In this document: piece after piece, positions 19,293 to 28,243 of the stretch
Position numbering within the stretch: position 1 is the first letter of the stretch
Layout: each line of letters starts with the position of its first letter
Assembly (NCBI GenBank): GCA_036488585.1
Contig: DASXHH010000007.1
Coordinates: forward strand, 1 to 57,874
Length of the DNA: 57,874 nt
From: Candidatus Saccharimonadia bacterium
GTDB taxonomy: Bacteria > Patescibacteriota > Saccharimonadia > UBA4664
Direction of reading: 5' to 3'
Notes under the pieces: generated by a model
The model's database searches: none
What the model was told of the DNA's origin: nothing
What the model saw: only the letters and a program-made list of their open reading frames with translations
Made by a program: the position numbers and the translations under genes

Positions 19293-19952
19293 ATGCCTGA
19301 AAAAACTACCGGTTTCACCTTAATCGAAATCGTGCTGGTACTCGCTATCAGTGGCTTGCTATTTATTATCGCCTTCGCCGGCCAGCGCCAACTACGCGAC
19401 CGAGCCACCTTTGATGGCGGTGTTAACAAGATTGTCCAAGACATTAATTACGCCCGCACCTACGGCACCAGCAATGTCAACGAGGTCGGCAATGGTACCG
19501 ATACGCAGGATTTGGTTGTGGGTGCGAGCATTGAGTTCGATTCACCCGGTGGCCATTACACGGACGAAATTGAGCCCGTCTACACCTCTACAGACGCAAG
19601 CGGCGGCCCCGACTGGAGTACTCTTAGTAAATGGCCACCACATGCCACCCTCGCCGATTGCCCCAACAGCCAGCACCCCGATGAACCAGGCCTTGGTTAC
19701 GCCTGCAAGGAAACGTTCTTCTATTCTAGTGACCCTACGCTCTCTAGCGTTGACAAGGTGGTTGTATACTTCCTCAACAAAGGGCAGGGATTGTTCGTGT
19801 GCTCAAACATTAACGACCAGTACCCAGATCCCTCCTCAGCCTGCTCTAATACCCCCCCTGGCCCGATAAGTATCGGTCTTATAGATGGCGCTGGGTACAA
19901 AGCCACCATTCAGGTGGATCCTTCTTCAGGCTTAGCCCACCGGATAAACTAA
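19293..19952 (+). CDS. type IV pilin-like protein (prepilin N-terminal cleavage/methylation domain)
   Basis: MPEKTTG|FTLIEIVLVLAISGLLFII is a class III signal. The longest ORF starts at 19221, and ATG 19293 gives a normal 7-aa leader. Confidence 0.8.
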   Translation: MPEKTTGFTLIEIVLVLAISGLLFIIAFAGQRQLRDRATFDGGVNKIVQDINYARTYGTSNVNEVGNGTDTQDLVVGASIEFDSPGGHYTDEIEPVYTSTDASGGPDWSTLSKWPPHATLADCPNSQHPDEPGLGYACKETFFYSSDPTLSSVDKVVVYFLNKGQGLFVCSNINDQYPDPSSACSNTPPGPISIGLIDGAGYKATIQVDPSSGLAHRIN

Positions 19953-20174
19953 ACCATCAGGCATTAGTGCGTTATACCCCAAGATAGTCGACGATCTATA
20001 AGGTTAGTGCGACTAAACAATAAGATGCTTTTTATGTGTGGGACCAGGGTCCTCTTGAGCCGCGTTTAAACCCTGCGCGTTTTTATTATTAGCGTTATCG
20101 AGAAAGAAGGAAATCGTATCGCTTAGCGCCAAATATTTTGCTTGATTCGGCCTAAAAAGTGGTATATTTCAATT

Positions 20175-20954
20175 ATGGTTAAGATTATTCCTCTCACCGA
20201 ATTGATGACGGGCACCTCGTGTCTGTTTTTCGCCGGCATGTGGTTATATGTCAGGTACCGAACCCGGAAAGCCCACATGACTGTCGCACCGTCTCTCAAG
20301 TATTTAACGAACTATTTCGGTTGGTTGGCGATTTTTGTCTTCATTATGACGGTGCCCTATTTGTGGCTATCCGTGAGCCCGGCAGCGTTCTCCACGGCCA
20401 TGGCCTGGGGCTATGTAGTCGGTCATATCTTCCTCTATATTTCATTCATGTACATTGCGCTCATGGTCTGTGAGCTCCTACCGAGCCTTAATAACAAGAT
20501 ACCTCTGGTGGTGACAGTCTTCCTATTAGCGGACGTCGTAACCACCATAATTAATGCCAAGACCATGATTTGGGGAATCCAACCCGTATATGATGCCGCC
20601 CACAACCTAACTTATCTCCAGCCTGCGGCGGCGGTTGGTGCAGCGATTGGCATAATGAGCTTATTATCAATCTTCCCGGCCATCATTCTATTCGCTCAAA
20701 ACGCTTTTCGTAGCAAGGGGGCTCGTCGCCTTAAGTCGGTGTTAATGGTTGTGGGCTTCGCCCTCATCATGGTCGGCGGTCCGCTGAATGACAACTCACA
20801 TACCACTACCATGTACCTTGCGGCAGTGATCATCGTAATCTTGGGCGACTTGATCCTTGGCACGGGTGTCGGGTTCCGCCTTGAGAGTGGCCTGGCCGAT
20901 GCTCCTGCTCCAGTGCCTAGCCCCGCTAAGATCGCCTCATCCAATACCGTTTAG
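20175..20954 (+). CDS. polytopic membrane protein, unknown function
   Basis: About 7 hydrophobic helices. The longest ORF starts at TTG 20142. ATG 20175 sits 6 nt after TGgTATATT (20160-20168). Confidence 0.5.
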   Translation: MVKIIPLTELMTGTSCLFFAGMWLYVRYRTRKAHMTVAPSLKYLTNYFGWLAIFVFIMTVPYLWLSVSPAAFSTAMAWGYVVGHIFLYISFMYIALMVCELLPSLNNKIPLVVTVFLLADVVTTIINAKTMIWGIQPVYDAAHNLTYLQPAAAVGAAIGIMSLLSIFPAIILFAQNAFRSKGARRLKSVLMVVGFALIMVGGPLNDNSHTTTMYLAAVIIVILGDLILGTGVGFRLESGLADAPAPVPSPAKIASSNTV

Positions 20955-21073
20955 GCGAGAGACCACCATTCTTCTAGGCGCCATTTGCGCCCTAATATCC
21001 CTGCCTTAAAAGTATTGCGCTTATGCTTATAGACCATTACGCTATGTTTAAGCTTTAAAGGCACATAAAATCC

Positions 21074-23449
21074 ATGCCCAAAAACAAGAAGAATAAATCT
21101 TCGAAAAGGTTTAGAACCCTATTACACCAAGTTACACCCCCGAGACGCTGGGCGATTTTTTCATTTATCGCGCTGTTTGCTGTTTTGGGGGTTACGCTGG
21201 TTGCGTTTTCTCACGCCTCAAGTACTCCCTCTACTCGCCTAGGTGTATATGTTACGGCAGAAAACAGTGGAGCATTCTCGACCATTTCAGGCCAAAAACC
21301 GGATGTGGCCAACACCTACGAGGCCTGGGGGCAATCGTACCCTGCACAGTTCATTAGCGGCGCGGAAGCAGCGGGAGCAACCCCCTTCATTGAGCTTGAA
21401 CCATGGCATGGTGGACCAAATTGGGACCAGACCCCACAGTTTAGCGCCATTATATCTGGACAATACGACTCGTGGCTCGCAAGCATCGGCAGCAACATCA
21501 ACGGGTTGGGAAAGCCTGTCATCTTAACATTCGCCCACGAGTTTAACGTCTCGGGACAATACCCCTGGTCCCGCGGAGACACCGGCAGTTGTGGCTCAAG
21601 TTCGTGCACTCCCAGCCAATGGATTCAGGCCTGGAATCACGTCGAGTCGGTAATAAATAGTAAAGCCGGCGGCCACGCCTACTGGATGTGGGCCCCGAAC
21701 GCGGACACGGGCGGCAGCACGACGGACCCAACACCTTGGTGGCCAGGGGCGAGCGAGGTGCAGATGATAGGGGTTGACGGCTACCCCGACACCCAGTGGG
21801 GCTCCCAGTTTGGTACCTTTTCTGGGCTGTTCGGCCCGGTGTTTAGTGAGATCCACAAGCTAACCTCACTGCCCATCTTCATATCGGAAACAAACCTCGC
21901 TCCCCTTGGAGGCAGTGGGTATGAATCAATTGCAAACTTCGTTCACGACATGTTTGCGAGTGGCGGCGATGGCATTCTGGAGTGGGAAGATGGCTCGCAG
22001 CATATGACCTCCTCTCAGTGGTCGCAGCTAGATACCGCACTCGCTCAATACTCGGCAACCACTCCCGCATCCACCCCCACGCCTACTCACACCCCGACCC
22101 CAACGCCTACTATTAGTACCGCTACCTCACCAAGCGCGAGTACAACTGCCGTATCCTGTCCCGCGCCCGCTACCGACTACGGTACCGACACCATGGCTGT
22201 AAATATTCCGCAAACTGGTAGCTACACGTTTTGGCTACATATGCTTGCGCCAAGTACGAACAGCAACACAATTGACGCTCAAGTCGATACGGCCGCCTGC
22301 TTTAAGGTTGGTGCCAGCTCCAGTATGCCAACCAATACCTTAACCTGGATCAACTACCAAAGCGGCGCCACTACGACCCCAATGACTGTTAGCCTGACCT
22401 CGGGTAGCCACACCATAAAGCTCATCGGAATTACACCCGGAGTCGAAACCGGTCGCATCATCCTAACGACCGATAGCGCCTGCGTCCCCACTGGCACAGG
22501 AGACAACTGTCTAACTGCTCCGTCGGCCTCCGCGACCCCCAACCCTACGCCTACCCCAACACCTACTCACACCCCGACCACCACTGGCACGCCCACACCT
22601 ACGCCCACCGTCAGCTCGACCCCTTCGCCAACGCCAGCCCCCACCGCGGGCATATCGGGCGCTATCCGCAATGGCGTCGCCTACAACTGCCTCGACAATT
22701 CGCATAGTGGCACTAGTAACGGCACCAAGATCGATCTCTACACCTGTAACGGTTCAGGAGCCCAGAAGTGGAGCCTATCCACGGAACAGCCAGGCCCCAT
22801 CGTTAACTCGGACGGCAAGTGCTTGGCAGTGAACGCCACCACCAGCGGTACCTACGCTCAGCTATGGGACTGCATCGGCAGCTCTGGCGAGACCTGGGCC
22901 TACAATGCTTCCAATCACACGATTGTAAATCCGACCTCTGGGTTGTGCCTAGATGATAAATGGAGCGCTCAGGCCCCCGGCAACCCCATCTGGGCCTACA
23001 AGTGTAACGGTACGCTCGCTCAAGTTTGGTACCTACCCGGCACAGTTCACTATTCCAGCGGTACCATCAAAAACGCGATCGCCAGTAACTGCCTCGATAA
23101 CTTAAGCAGCAGCACCAGTAACGGCAACAAGATCGACCTGTACACCTGTAATGGTTCGGGAGCCCAGAAGTGGACCATTGCAACAGGGGTAAAAGGCCCC
23201 ATCGTTAACTCGAATGGTAAATGTCTAGCAGTGAATGCCAATGCTACCACTAGCGGCACCTATACTCAGCTATGGGATTGTGCCGGCAGCTCCGGGGAAA
23301 TCTGGACCTACAATGCCACTAGTCACACGCTTATAAATCCGCACTCAGGGCTATGCCTAGACGATAGATGGAGCTCTCAAGCTCCCGGTAACCCCATCTG
23401 GGTCTACACCTGCAATGGCACACAGGCTCAAAAATGGAACTTGCAGTGA
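21074..23449 (+). CDS. GH26-like glycoside hydrolase with beta-sandwich CBM-like domain and two ricin-type beta-trefoil lectin domains
   Basis: GH26 blocks are FAHEFNVSGQYPWS, YWMWAPN, MIGVDGYP and IFISETN. PT linkers separate the domains. The CBM-like domain is aa 362-479. Two ricin domains carry QxW-type repeats (AQKW, QLWDC, ETWAY/EIWTY, AQVW/AQKW). Confidence 0.75.
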   Translation: MPKNKKNKSSKRFRTLLHQVTPPRRWAIFSFIALFAVLGVTLVAFSHASSTPSTRLGVYVTAENSGAFSTISGQKPDVANTYEAWGQSYPAQFISGAEAAGATPFIELEPWHGGPNWDQTPQFSAIISGQYDSWLASIGSNINGLGKPVILTFAHEFNVSGQYPWSRGDTGSCGSSSCTPSQWIQAWNHVESVINSKAGGHAYWMWAPNADTGGSTTDPTPWWPGASEVQMIGVDGYPDTQWGSQFGTFSGLFGPVFSEIHKLTSLPIFISETNLAPLGGSGYESIANFVHDMFASGGDGILEWEDGSQHMTSSQWSQLDTALAQYSATTPASTPTPTHTPTPTPTISTATSPSASTTAVSCPAPATDYGTDTMAVNIPQTGSYTFWLHMLAPSTNSNTIDAQVDTAACFKVGASSSMPTNTLTWINYQSGATTTPMTVSLTSGSHTIKLIGITPGVETGRIILTTDSACVPTGTGDNCLTAPSASATPNPTPTPTPTHTPTTTGTPTPTPTVSSTPSPTPAPTAGISGAIRNGVAYNCLDNSHSGTSNGTKIDLYTCNGSGAQKWSLSTEQPGPIVNSDGKCLAVNATTSGTYAQLWDCIGSSGETWAYNASNHTIVNPTSGLCLDDKWSAQAPGNPIWAYKCNGTLAQVWYLPGTVHYSSGTIKNAIASNCLDNLSSSTSNGNKIDLYTCNGSGAQKWTIATGVKGPIVNSNGKCLAVNANATTSGTYTQLWDCAGSSGEIWTYNATSHTLINPHSGLCLDDRWSSQAPGNPIWVYTCNGTQAQKWNLQ
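22649..23446 (+). repeat. tandem duplication encoding two ricin-type lectin domains
   Basis: aa 526-657 and 658-791 align end to end with most positions identical (CLDN...SNG.KIDLYTCNGSGAQKW...GPIVNS.GKCLAVNA...LCLDD.WS.QAPGNPIW.Y.CNGT.AQ.W). Confidence 0.8.
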
Positions 23450-23485
23450 TGAAGATTAATACCAAGCACGTCGGGAGCCTTATCC

Positions 23486-24718
23486 ATGGCTAAGCAGATA
23501 CGCAAAGGAAAATCTCAGATGAACACATTGGCCCGCCGTCCCAAGTCATCGTTTCAGCTATTTGGCAAAATCCCCATTAGCCGCCGGAATGGTCTATTGT
23601 CCATGGCCGCCGTCATCGTTGTAGGCGTCCTGGTCATCTACTATACCCGCGCTGCGACCACTGGTCCCGTTGCCACTCAGTCAGCAACCGGAACACTGGC
23701 CGGCAACGCTCAGTTGGTAAGTAATAGTGCCGAGGTTGGGGGACAGCTAGTCCGGTTTGGTGGTAGTAGTACCCCCACCAATACCCCCACTCCCACACCT
23801 AGCTCCGGTGGTGCGGGACTATCCGTAAATGGTGTTTCCTTGGTTAGTAACGGTACGCGCTTCATCTTCAAGGGGGTTAACCTGGAGTACTTCCGTGACT
23901 CCGGCAACGCCTCGATTTCAAACTCCGAGGTACCCATAGCTGCTCAAATCGTAGCTAAGATGAAAGCTACCGGTATCAACGCCGTGCGACTAGATTATTC
24001 ACCAGCCTTCGTGAACCAAGGCAGTAACATGACGAACTACCTGGCCATGATGAAACTGCTCGCCACTAATGGCATCTACGTTATGCCCTGCGACCATTCG
24101 TACACGGGCAAAGACATCTCGGGTTACACTACCACTTCATTCCCTGACTTTAAGACCATCATTAATTACGCCGCCCAGCAGGGGATTACCAACTACCTGA
24201 TTATGAACCCCTACAACGAGCCCTATAGCAGCGACAATGCGTCGTCCTGGAACACAGCCAACGAAGCTACACTCCAGTATTTCCGGAGCACGCTAGGGTT
24301 TAAGGGCGTCGTGGTGCTGGATACGACAGCCTGGGCCACCACCGACAACACCTCAAGCTTCCAGACCCTCATGAGCTATGACGCAACGCTACTTGGCGGA
24401 AAATCAAACGTCATCTTCTCCAACCACTGGTACCCCAATTATGGGTATCAGACATCCATGACGCTCGCCCGGCAGTATCCCCTCGTTATCGGGGAACTCG
24501 GGAACACGCTGAACGGCTCTTATAGCTCTTCCGGTGCGAGCTACGTCAACACAGTGTTCCAGGCAGTAATTTCCACCGCTATTCCTAACGGCCACAATGG
24601 GGTGTTTCCCTGGATCTGGTGGTGGAGCGACGGTAACCAGATGACCAATGACGGGCTAAACCTAAACAGCTTTGGCCAGTCGATAGTTACAAACTACTAC
24701 AGCAAAGTAACTAATTAA
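23486..24718 (+). CDS. membrane-anchored glycoside hydrolase family 5
   Basis: N-terminal TM, PT linker, FKGVNLEYF, INAVRLDY, acid/base NEP in IMNPYNEPY, HWYP and nucleophile VIGELG. Confidence 0.75.
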   Translation: MAKQIRKGKSQMNTLARRPKSSFQLFGKIPISRRNGLLSMAAVIVVGVLVIYYTRAATTGPVATQSATGTLAGNAQLVSNSAEVGGQLVRFGGSSTPTNTPTPTPSSGGAGLSVNGVSLVSNGTRFIFKGVNLEYFRDSGNASISNSEVPIAAQIVAKMKATGINAVRLDYSPAFVNQGSNMTNYLAMMKLLATNGIYVMPCDHSYTGKDISGYTTTSFPDFKTIINYAAQQGITNYLIMNPYNEPYSSDNASSWNTANEATLQYFRSTLGFKGVVVLDTTAWATTDNTSSFQTLMSYDATLLGGKSNVIFSNHWYPNYGYQTSMTLARQYPLVIGELGNTLNGSYSSSGASYVNTVFQAVISTAIPNGHNGVFPWIWWWSDGNQMTNDGLNLNSFGQSIVTNYYSKVTN

Positions 24719-24807
24719 GCCCGTCTCCAGACAAACCATAAGTTTTCCTATATACTCTTATACTGTCTGTTTAGCAAAAGAAAAATTAGTAGGAGCTCAA
24801 ACCCCAT

Positions 24808-26502
24808 ATGCCAACCGGCACCGCCGTGCTGAGTGCGCGCGAACACTCACAAAACCTCAGCCCTAAAACCCGCAAAATTGCCATGACCGTGGTAGCGCTA
24901 GCGTTCATAATGGACCTGCTCGACTCCACGATTGTAAACATCGCCATTCCGTCGATCCAAGCTAACCTGGGTGCGAGCTACACCGCCATTCAATGGCTGG
25001 TTGCCGGCTACGCGCTAGCCTTTTCGCTGCTATTAATTACCGGTGGGCGCATGGGCGACGTCTTTGGCTACCGCAAGATCTTCATGTTCGGAGTTGCCGG
25101 TTTTACCGTAGCTTCACTACTTAGTGGTGTCGCCTGGAATCCAACCGTGCTAATCGGCGCCCGACTGCTCCAAGGCGCGATGGCGGCACTAATGGTTCCT
25201 CAGGTAATGAGCATGATGCAAGTCATGTATCCCCCCGAGGAACGTGGGCAAATCAACGGTTTATTCGGCGGCATGGCCGGCATCGCCGCGTCGCTGGGAC
25301 CCGTGATCGGCGGACTCCTAATTAAGGCTAATATTTTTGGCCTCGATTGGCGTCCAATTTTCCTGATTAACATTCCGGTTGGACTGTTCGCACTCTGGGC
25401 TGCGCCCAGGTACCTTCCTGGTGGCAAGAGCTCCCACCCACTCAAACTCGACCTAGTCGGCACCGGCATCGTAATGCTAGCACTGGCTCTAGTCGTATTC
25501 CCGCTCATCCAAGGGCGTGAGCTCAATTGGCCGGCCTGGACCTTCTACTCGATGGCGGCATCCCTGCCCGTCTTCTTGGCCTTTGCACTTTGGCAGGTCC
25601 ACAAACAGCGCTCCGATGGCTCACCACTTGTCCTGCCGGCTCTATTTAAGAAACGGTCATTCAGCCTCGGTCTCATTACCAACATCGTCTTTGAGGGCGT
25701 GATGATCAGCTACTTCCTGATCTCCACCCTAACCCTGCAAGTCGGACTTGGCTACAGTGTAGTGAAAGCCGCGCTCACCGGCATTCCGCTGTCCATTGGC
25801 ATCGCAGCCACATTCGGCATTCTGGGCGCCAAAGTGATTCCTCGCCTCGGCCGCTACTCGGTAACCCTGGGCACGGTAGTGATGGGCGCCGGGTTGGTAT
25901 ACGCGGCTTGGGCGTTCCAGCATTTCGGCATTAACACCAGCCCATGGGAGATCATTCCCGGCCTCCTGCCAATCGGAGTAGGCATGGGCTTAATCATGAT
26001 GCCGGTGTTTGCAGTAGTACTCAATGACGTCGACCATAACCACGCCGGCTCCGCCTCCGGAGTGCTCAACGCAGTGCAGCAGCTTGGTGGCGCCATTGGT
26101 GTCGCAGCCATTGGTGTAGTGTTCTTCGGTCAACTCTCGTCCTACGCCGGACCGAGCGTCGACAAAGCCATACCGCAAATTCAGGCCACATTAAACCAGC
26201 AGCACGTTCCGTCGGCCTATGATGCCGCCATCATCAACGGTTTCAAAACATGCTACACCGATCGGTTGAACGAGAAAGATACCAGCGTCACCCCCGATAG
26301 CTGCAAGCAAAATGCCAGCACCCCAGCCAACCCTCAGTTGCAACAAGCCTTCGAAAGCGCCGCAAAGACTGCCGTAAATGCCAATTTCACGCATGCCTTT
26401 AAGACCGGCATCACCTATGCGCTCACCTTACTTGTAGTCGTATTCGGCCTGAGCTTCCTGCTACCAAGGCACATCCGCCAGGAAGCCTTCCAAGAGAGTT
26501 AA
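24808..26502 (+). CDS. MFS transporter, DHA2 (EmrB/QacA-like, 14-TMS) family
   Basis: LDSTIVNIAIPSIQANLGAS...QWLVAGYALAFSLLLITGGRMGDVFGYRKIF, with about 14 helices. Confidence 0.9.
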   Translation: MPTGTAVLSAREHSQNLSPKTRKIAMTVVALAFIMDLLDSTIVNIAIPSIQANLGASYTAIQWLVAGYALAFSLLLITGGRMGDVFGYRKIFMFGVAGFTVASLLSGVAWNPTVLIGARLLQGAMAALMVPQVMSMMQVMYPPEERGQINGLFGGMAGIAASLGPVIGGLLIKANIFGLDWRPIFLINIPVGLFALWAAPRYLPGGKSSHPLKLDLVGTGIVMLALALVVFPLIQGRELNWPAWTFYSMAASLPVFLAFALWQVHKQRSDGSPLVLPALFKKRSFSLGLITNIVFEGVMISYFLISTLTLQVGLGYSVVKAALTGIPLSIGIAATFGILGAKVIPRLGRYSVTLGTVVMGAGLVYAAWAFQHFGINTSPWEIIPGLLPIGVGMGLIMMPVFAVVLNDVDHNHAGSASGVLNAVQQLGGAIGVAAIGVVFFGQLSSYAGPSVDKAIPQIQATLNQQHVPSAYDAAIINGFKTCYTDRLNEKDTSVTPDSCKQNASTPANPQLQQAFESAAKTAVNANFTHAFKTGITYALTLLVVVFGLSFLLPRHIRQEAFQES

Positions 26503-26599
26503 CGAGCTCCCGTTCATAGCAAAAGAAGCTAATCAGTCCATCCAGCTCATTAATTGACAATCATAAGCGTCATTGTCTACCATTAGGCAAGAATGCATT

Positions 26600-27712
26600 A
26601 TGTCAAAGCATCATAAGATGAATAAAAGGGCAGCCAGGCATGACGCCAAACCCTGGCGGATCCTGGCCCATTTCAGCCAACTATCCAACCGCATGCCGCT
26701 GCGTCAACCGAAAGCTATCGGCTTTGCGGCCTTGTTTGGCTTCGCCGGCTTCGTCTTGCTTGTCTTCGCCTATGCCGCCTCCGGCTACTTTATTTCCATC
26801 TCACCCCAGCAGGGCACCCTCCAAGGTAACGCCCGTATCGTCAGTAACACCTCGGCCCTAGGTGGATCTGCGATCGAATTCAGTACATCCGCCACACCGA
26901 CACCGACGCCAAAGCCGTCGTCCACGCCGACGCCAACTCCGGCTCCAACGTCCACGCCGGCGCCCACGGGCTCTGGTTGTACCTCTGGTGGTGTGACCGC
27001 TCCCTGCATTGGGAGTGCCACCACAGGCGCGAGCGGCTGGGGCACAACCGTGTTTGACGATGAGTTTAACGGATCGTCACTGAATGCGAACAATTGGGCC
27101 CCGGTGGCGGATGGGGGCGAAACCTACGAGAATAATGTCAGAGTCAGTGCTTCTAACGTTTCCGTCTCCGGCGGCAGCCTCATCCTTACGCTCAGCTCTT
27201 CCAGCCTTGGCGCCAACGTCACCAGCGATCCTAACATGGTTGGGAGTGGTAAAGGTTTTCAATTCGGCGATGGTTACTACCTCGAGGGCCGTATCTATTT
27301 TCCAGGAGCGGCCGCGAATAACCTCTACAACTGGCCCGCGTTCTGGACTTCGGGCCATAACTGGCCCGCTACCGGAGAAATCGACATTGCCGAGGTCGGC
27401 AACGGCCCCCTCACGACAAGCTACCACTGCTCCAGTGGTGCTGGCTCTAATTGCGGTACCGCATCACCCGGCGGTACGTGGGCGAACGCCTACCATATCT
27501 ACGGGGTCGACCGCGAAGCCGGTAAGGCTACCGTATATTGGGACGGCAAGGCCGTTAAAACCTTTACAACCAGCGACGGCGGCGCCGCTGAGTATTTCCT
27601 CATAAATGTCGGAAACTCAACCGGTTCTCAGTGCAACTGCGGCGGACCGTCGGTGTACGGCACTGGCTCCCAAGTGAAAATCGATTACGTCCGGGCATGG
27701 AAACACCCTTAG
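26600..27712 (+). CDS. membrane-anchored glycoside hydrolase family 16 (paralog of 18060-19142)
   Basis: TM, PT linker, VFDDEFNGSSL and catalytic GEIDIAEV (E-x-D-x-x-E). The longest ORF starts at TTG 26573, inside the putative promoter. ATG 26600 is preferred. Confidence 0.8.
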   Translation: MSKHHKMNKRAARHDAKPWRILAHFSQLSNRMPLRQPKAIGFAALFGFAGFVLLVFAYAASGYFISISPQQGTLQGNARIVSNTSALGGSAIEFSTSATPTPTPKPSSTPTPTPAPTSTPAPTGSGCTSGGVTAPCIGSATTGASGWGTTVFDDEFNGSSLNANNWAPVADGGETYENNVRVSASNVSVSGGSLILTLSSSSLGANVTSDPNMVGSGKGFQFGDGYYLEGRIYFPGAAANNLYNWPAFWTSGHNWPATGEIDIAEVGNGPLTTSYHCSSGAGSNCGTASPGGTWANAYHIYGVDREAGKATVYWDGKAVKTFTTSDGGAAEYFLINVGNSTGSQCNCGGPSVYGTGSQVKIDYVRAWKHP

Positions 27713-27720
27713 AAATTGTC

Positions 27721-28176
27721 TTAATGCTCACCGTGAATCAAAGCATGGCCCTGGTCTCGCACAATCAGCCATCGATTAACCGGTACAGTCACAATAAATG
27801 CCGCCCCTAGTGAAACTCCTAGCCCCAGCCAAAACAGGAACGAACTAATAGGCGCCGTAAGAAACGCTGGGACCAAGAATAGCACCAGGTTATCTGTTAT
27901 CTCCATGCTAGTTATCGACACCGTGTCTGATGCCAGTGCAATCCTGAGTGCTCGCCTAAATTCCACCCCACTTCGAACCAGCGACCAAATTGTAAGCGCA
28001 TATCCAAACACAAAGGCGAGTATTATCGAAACCACAATCGACATACCGGCTTTGCGGTGCGGTGAATTTGTAATTACCATCCCTAACACTTCGCCGATAC
28101 CACATCCGATAAGACAGTGGCCAGTCGCCATTACCGCCATCCTCGTCGCTCTATCAATCATGTAGTCCCTTTGCAT
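27721..28176 (-). CDS. DUF4396 membrane protein
   Basis: GHCLIGCGIGEVLG motif followed by three further helices. TAGAAT sits 5 nt upstream of the ATG. Confidence 0.7.
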   Translation of the reverse strand: MQRDYMIDRATRMAVMATGHCLIGCGIGEVLGMVITNSPHRKAGMSIVVSIILAFVFGYALTIWSLVRSGVEFRRALRIALASDTVSITSMEITDNLVLFLVPAFLTAPISSFLFWLGLGVSLGAAFIVTVPVNRWLIVRDQGHALIHGEH

Positions 28177-28201
28177 CTTCTATTCTAATTTTACTAGGAT
28201 T

Positions 28202-28225
28202 AAAAAGCGGGGGCTCAAAGCCTCC
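28202..28225 (-). terminator. candidate rho-independent terminator of the GH12 gene
   Basis: On the minus strand: GGAGGCT-TTG-AGCCCCC (one internal mismatch), then GCTTTTT. Confidence 0.4.
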
Positions 28226-28243
28226 TCTGGTAATTGGCGCTGT

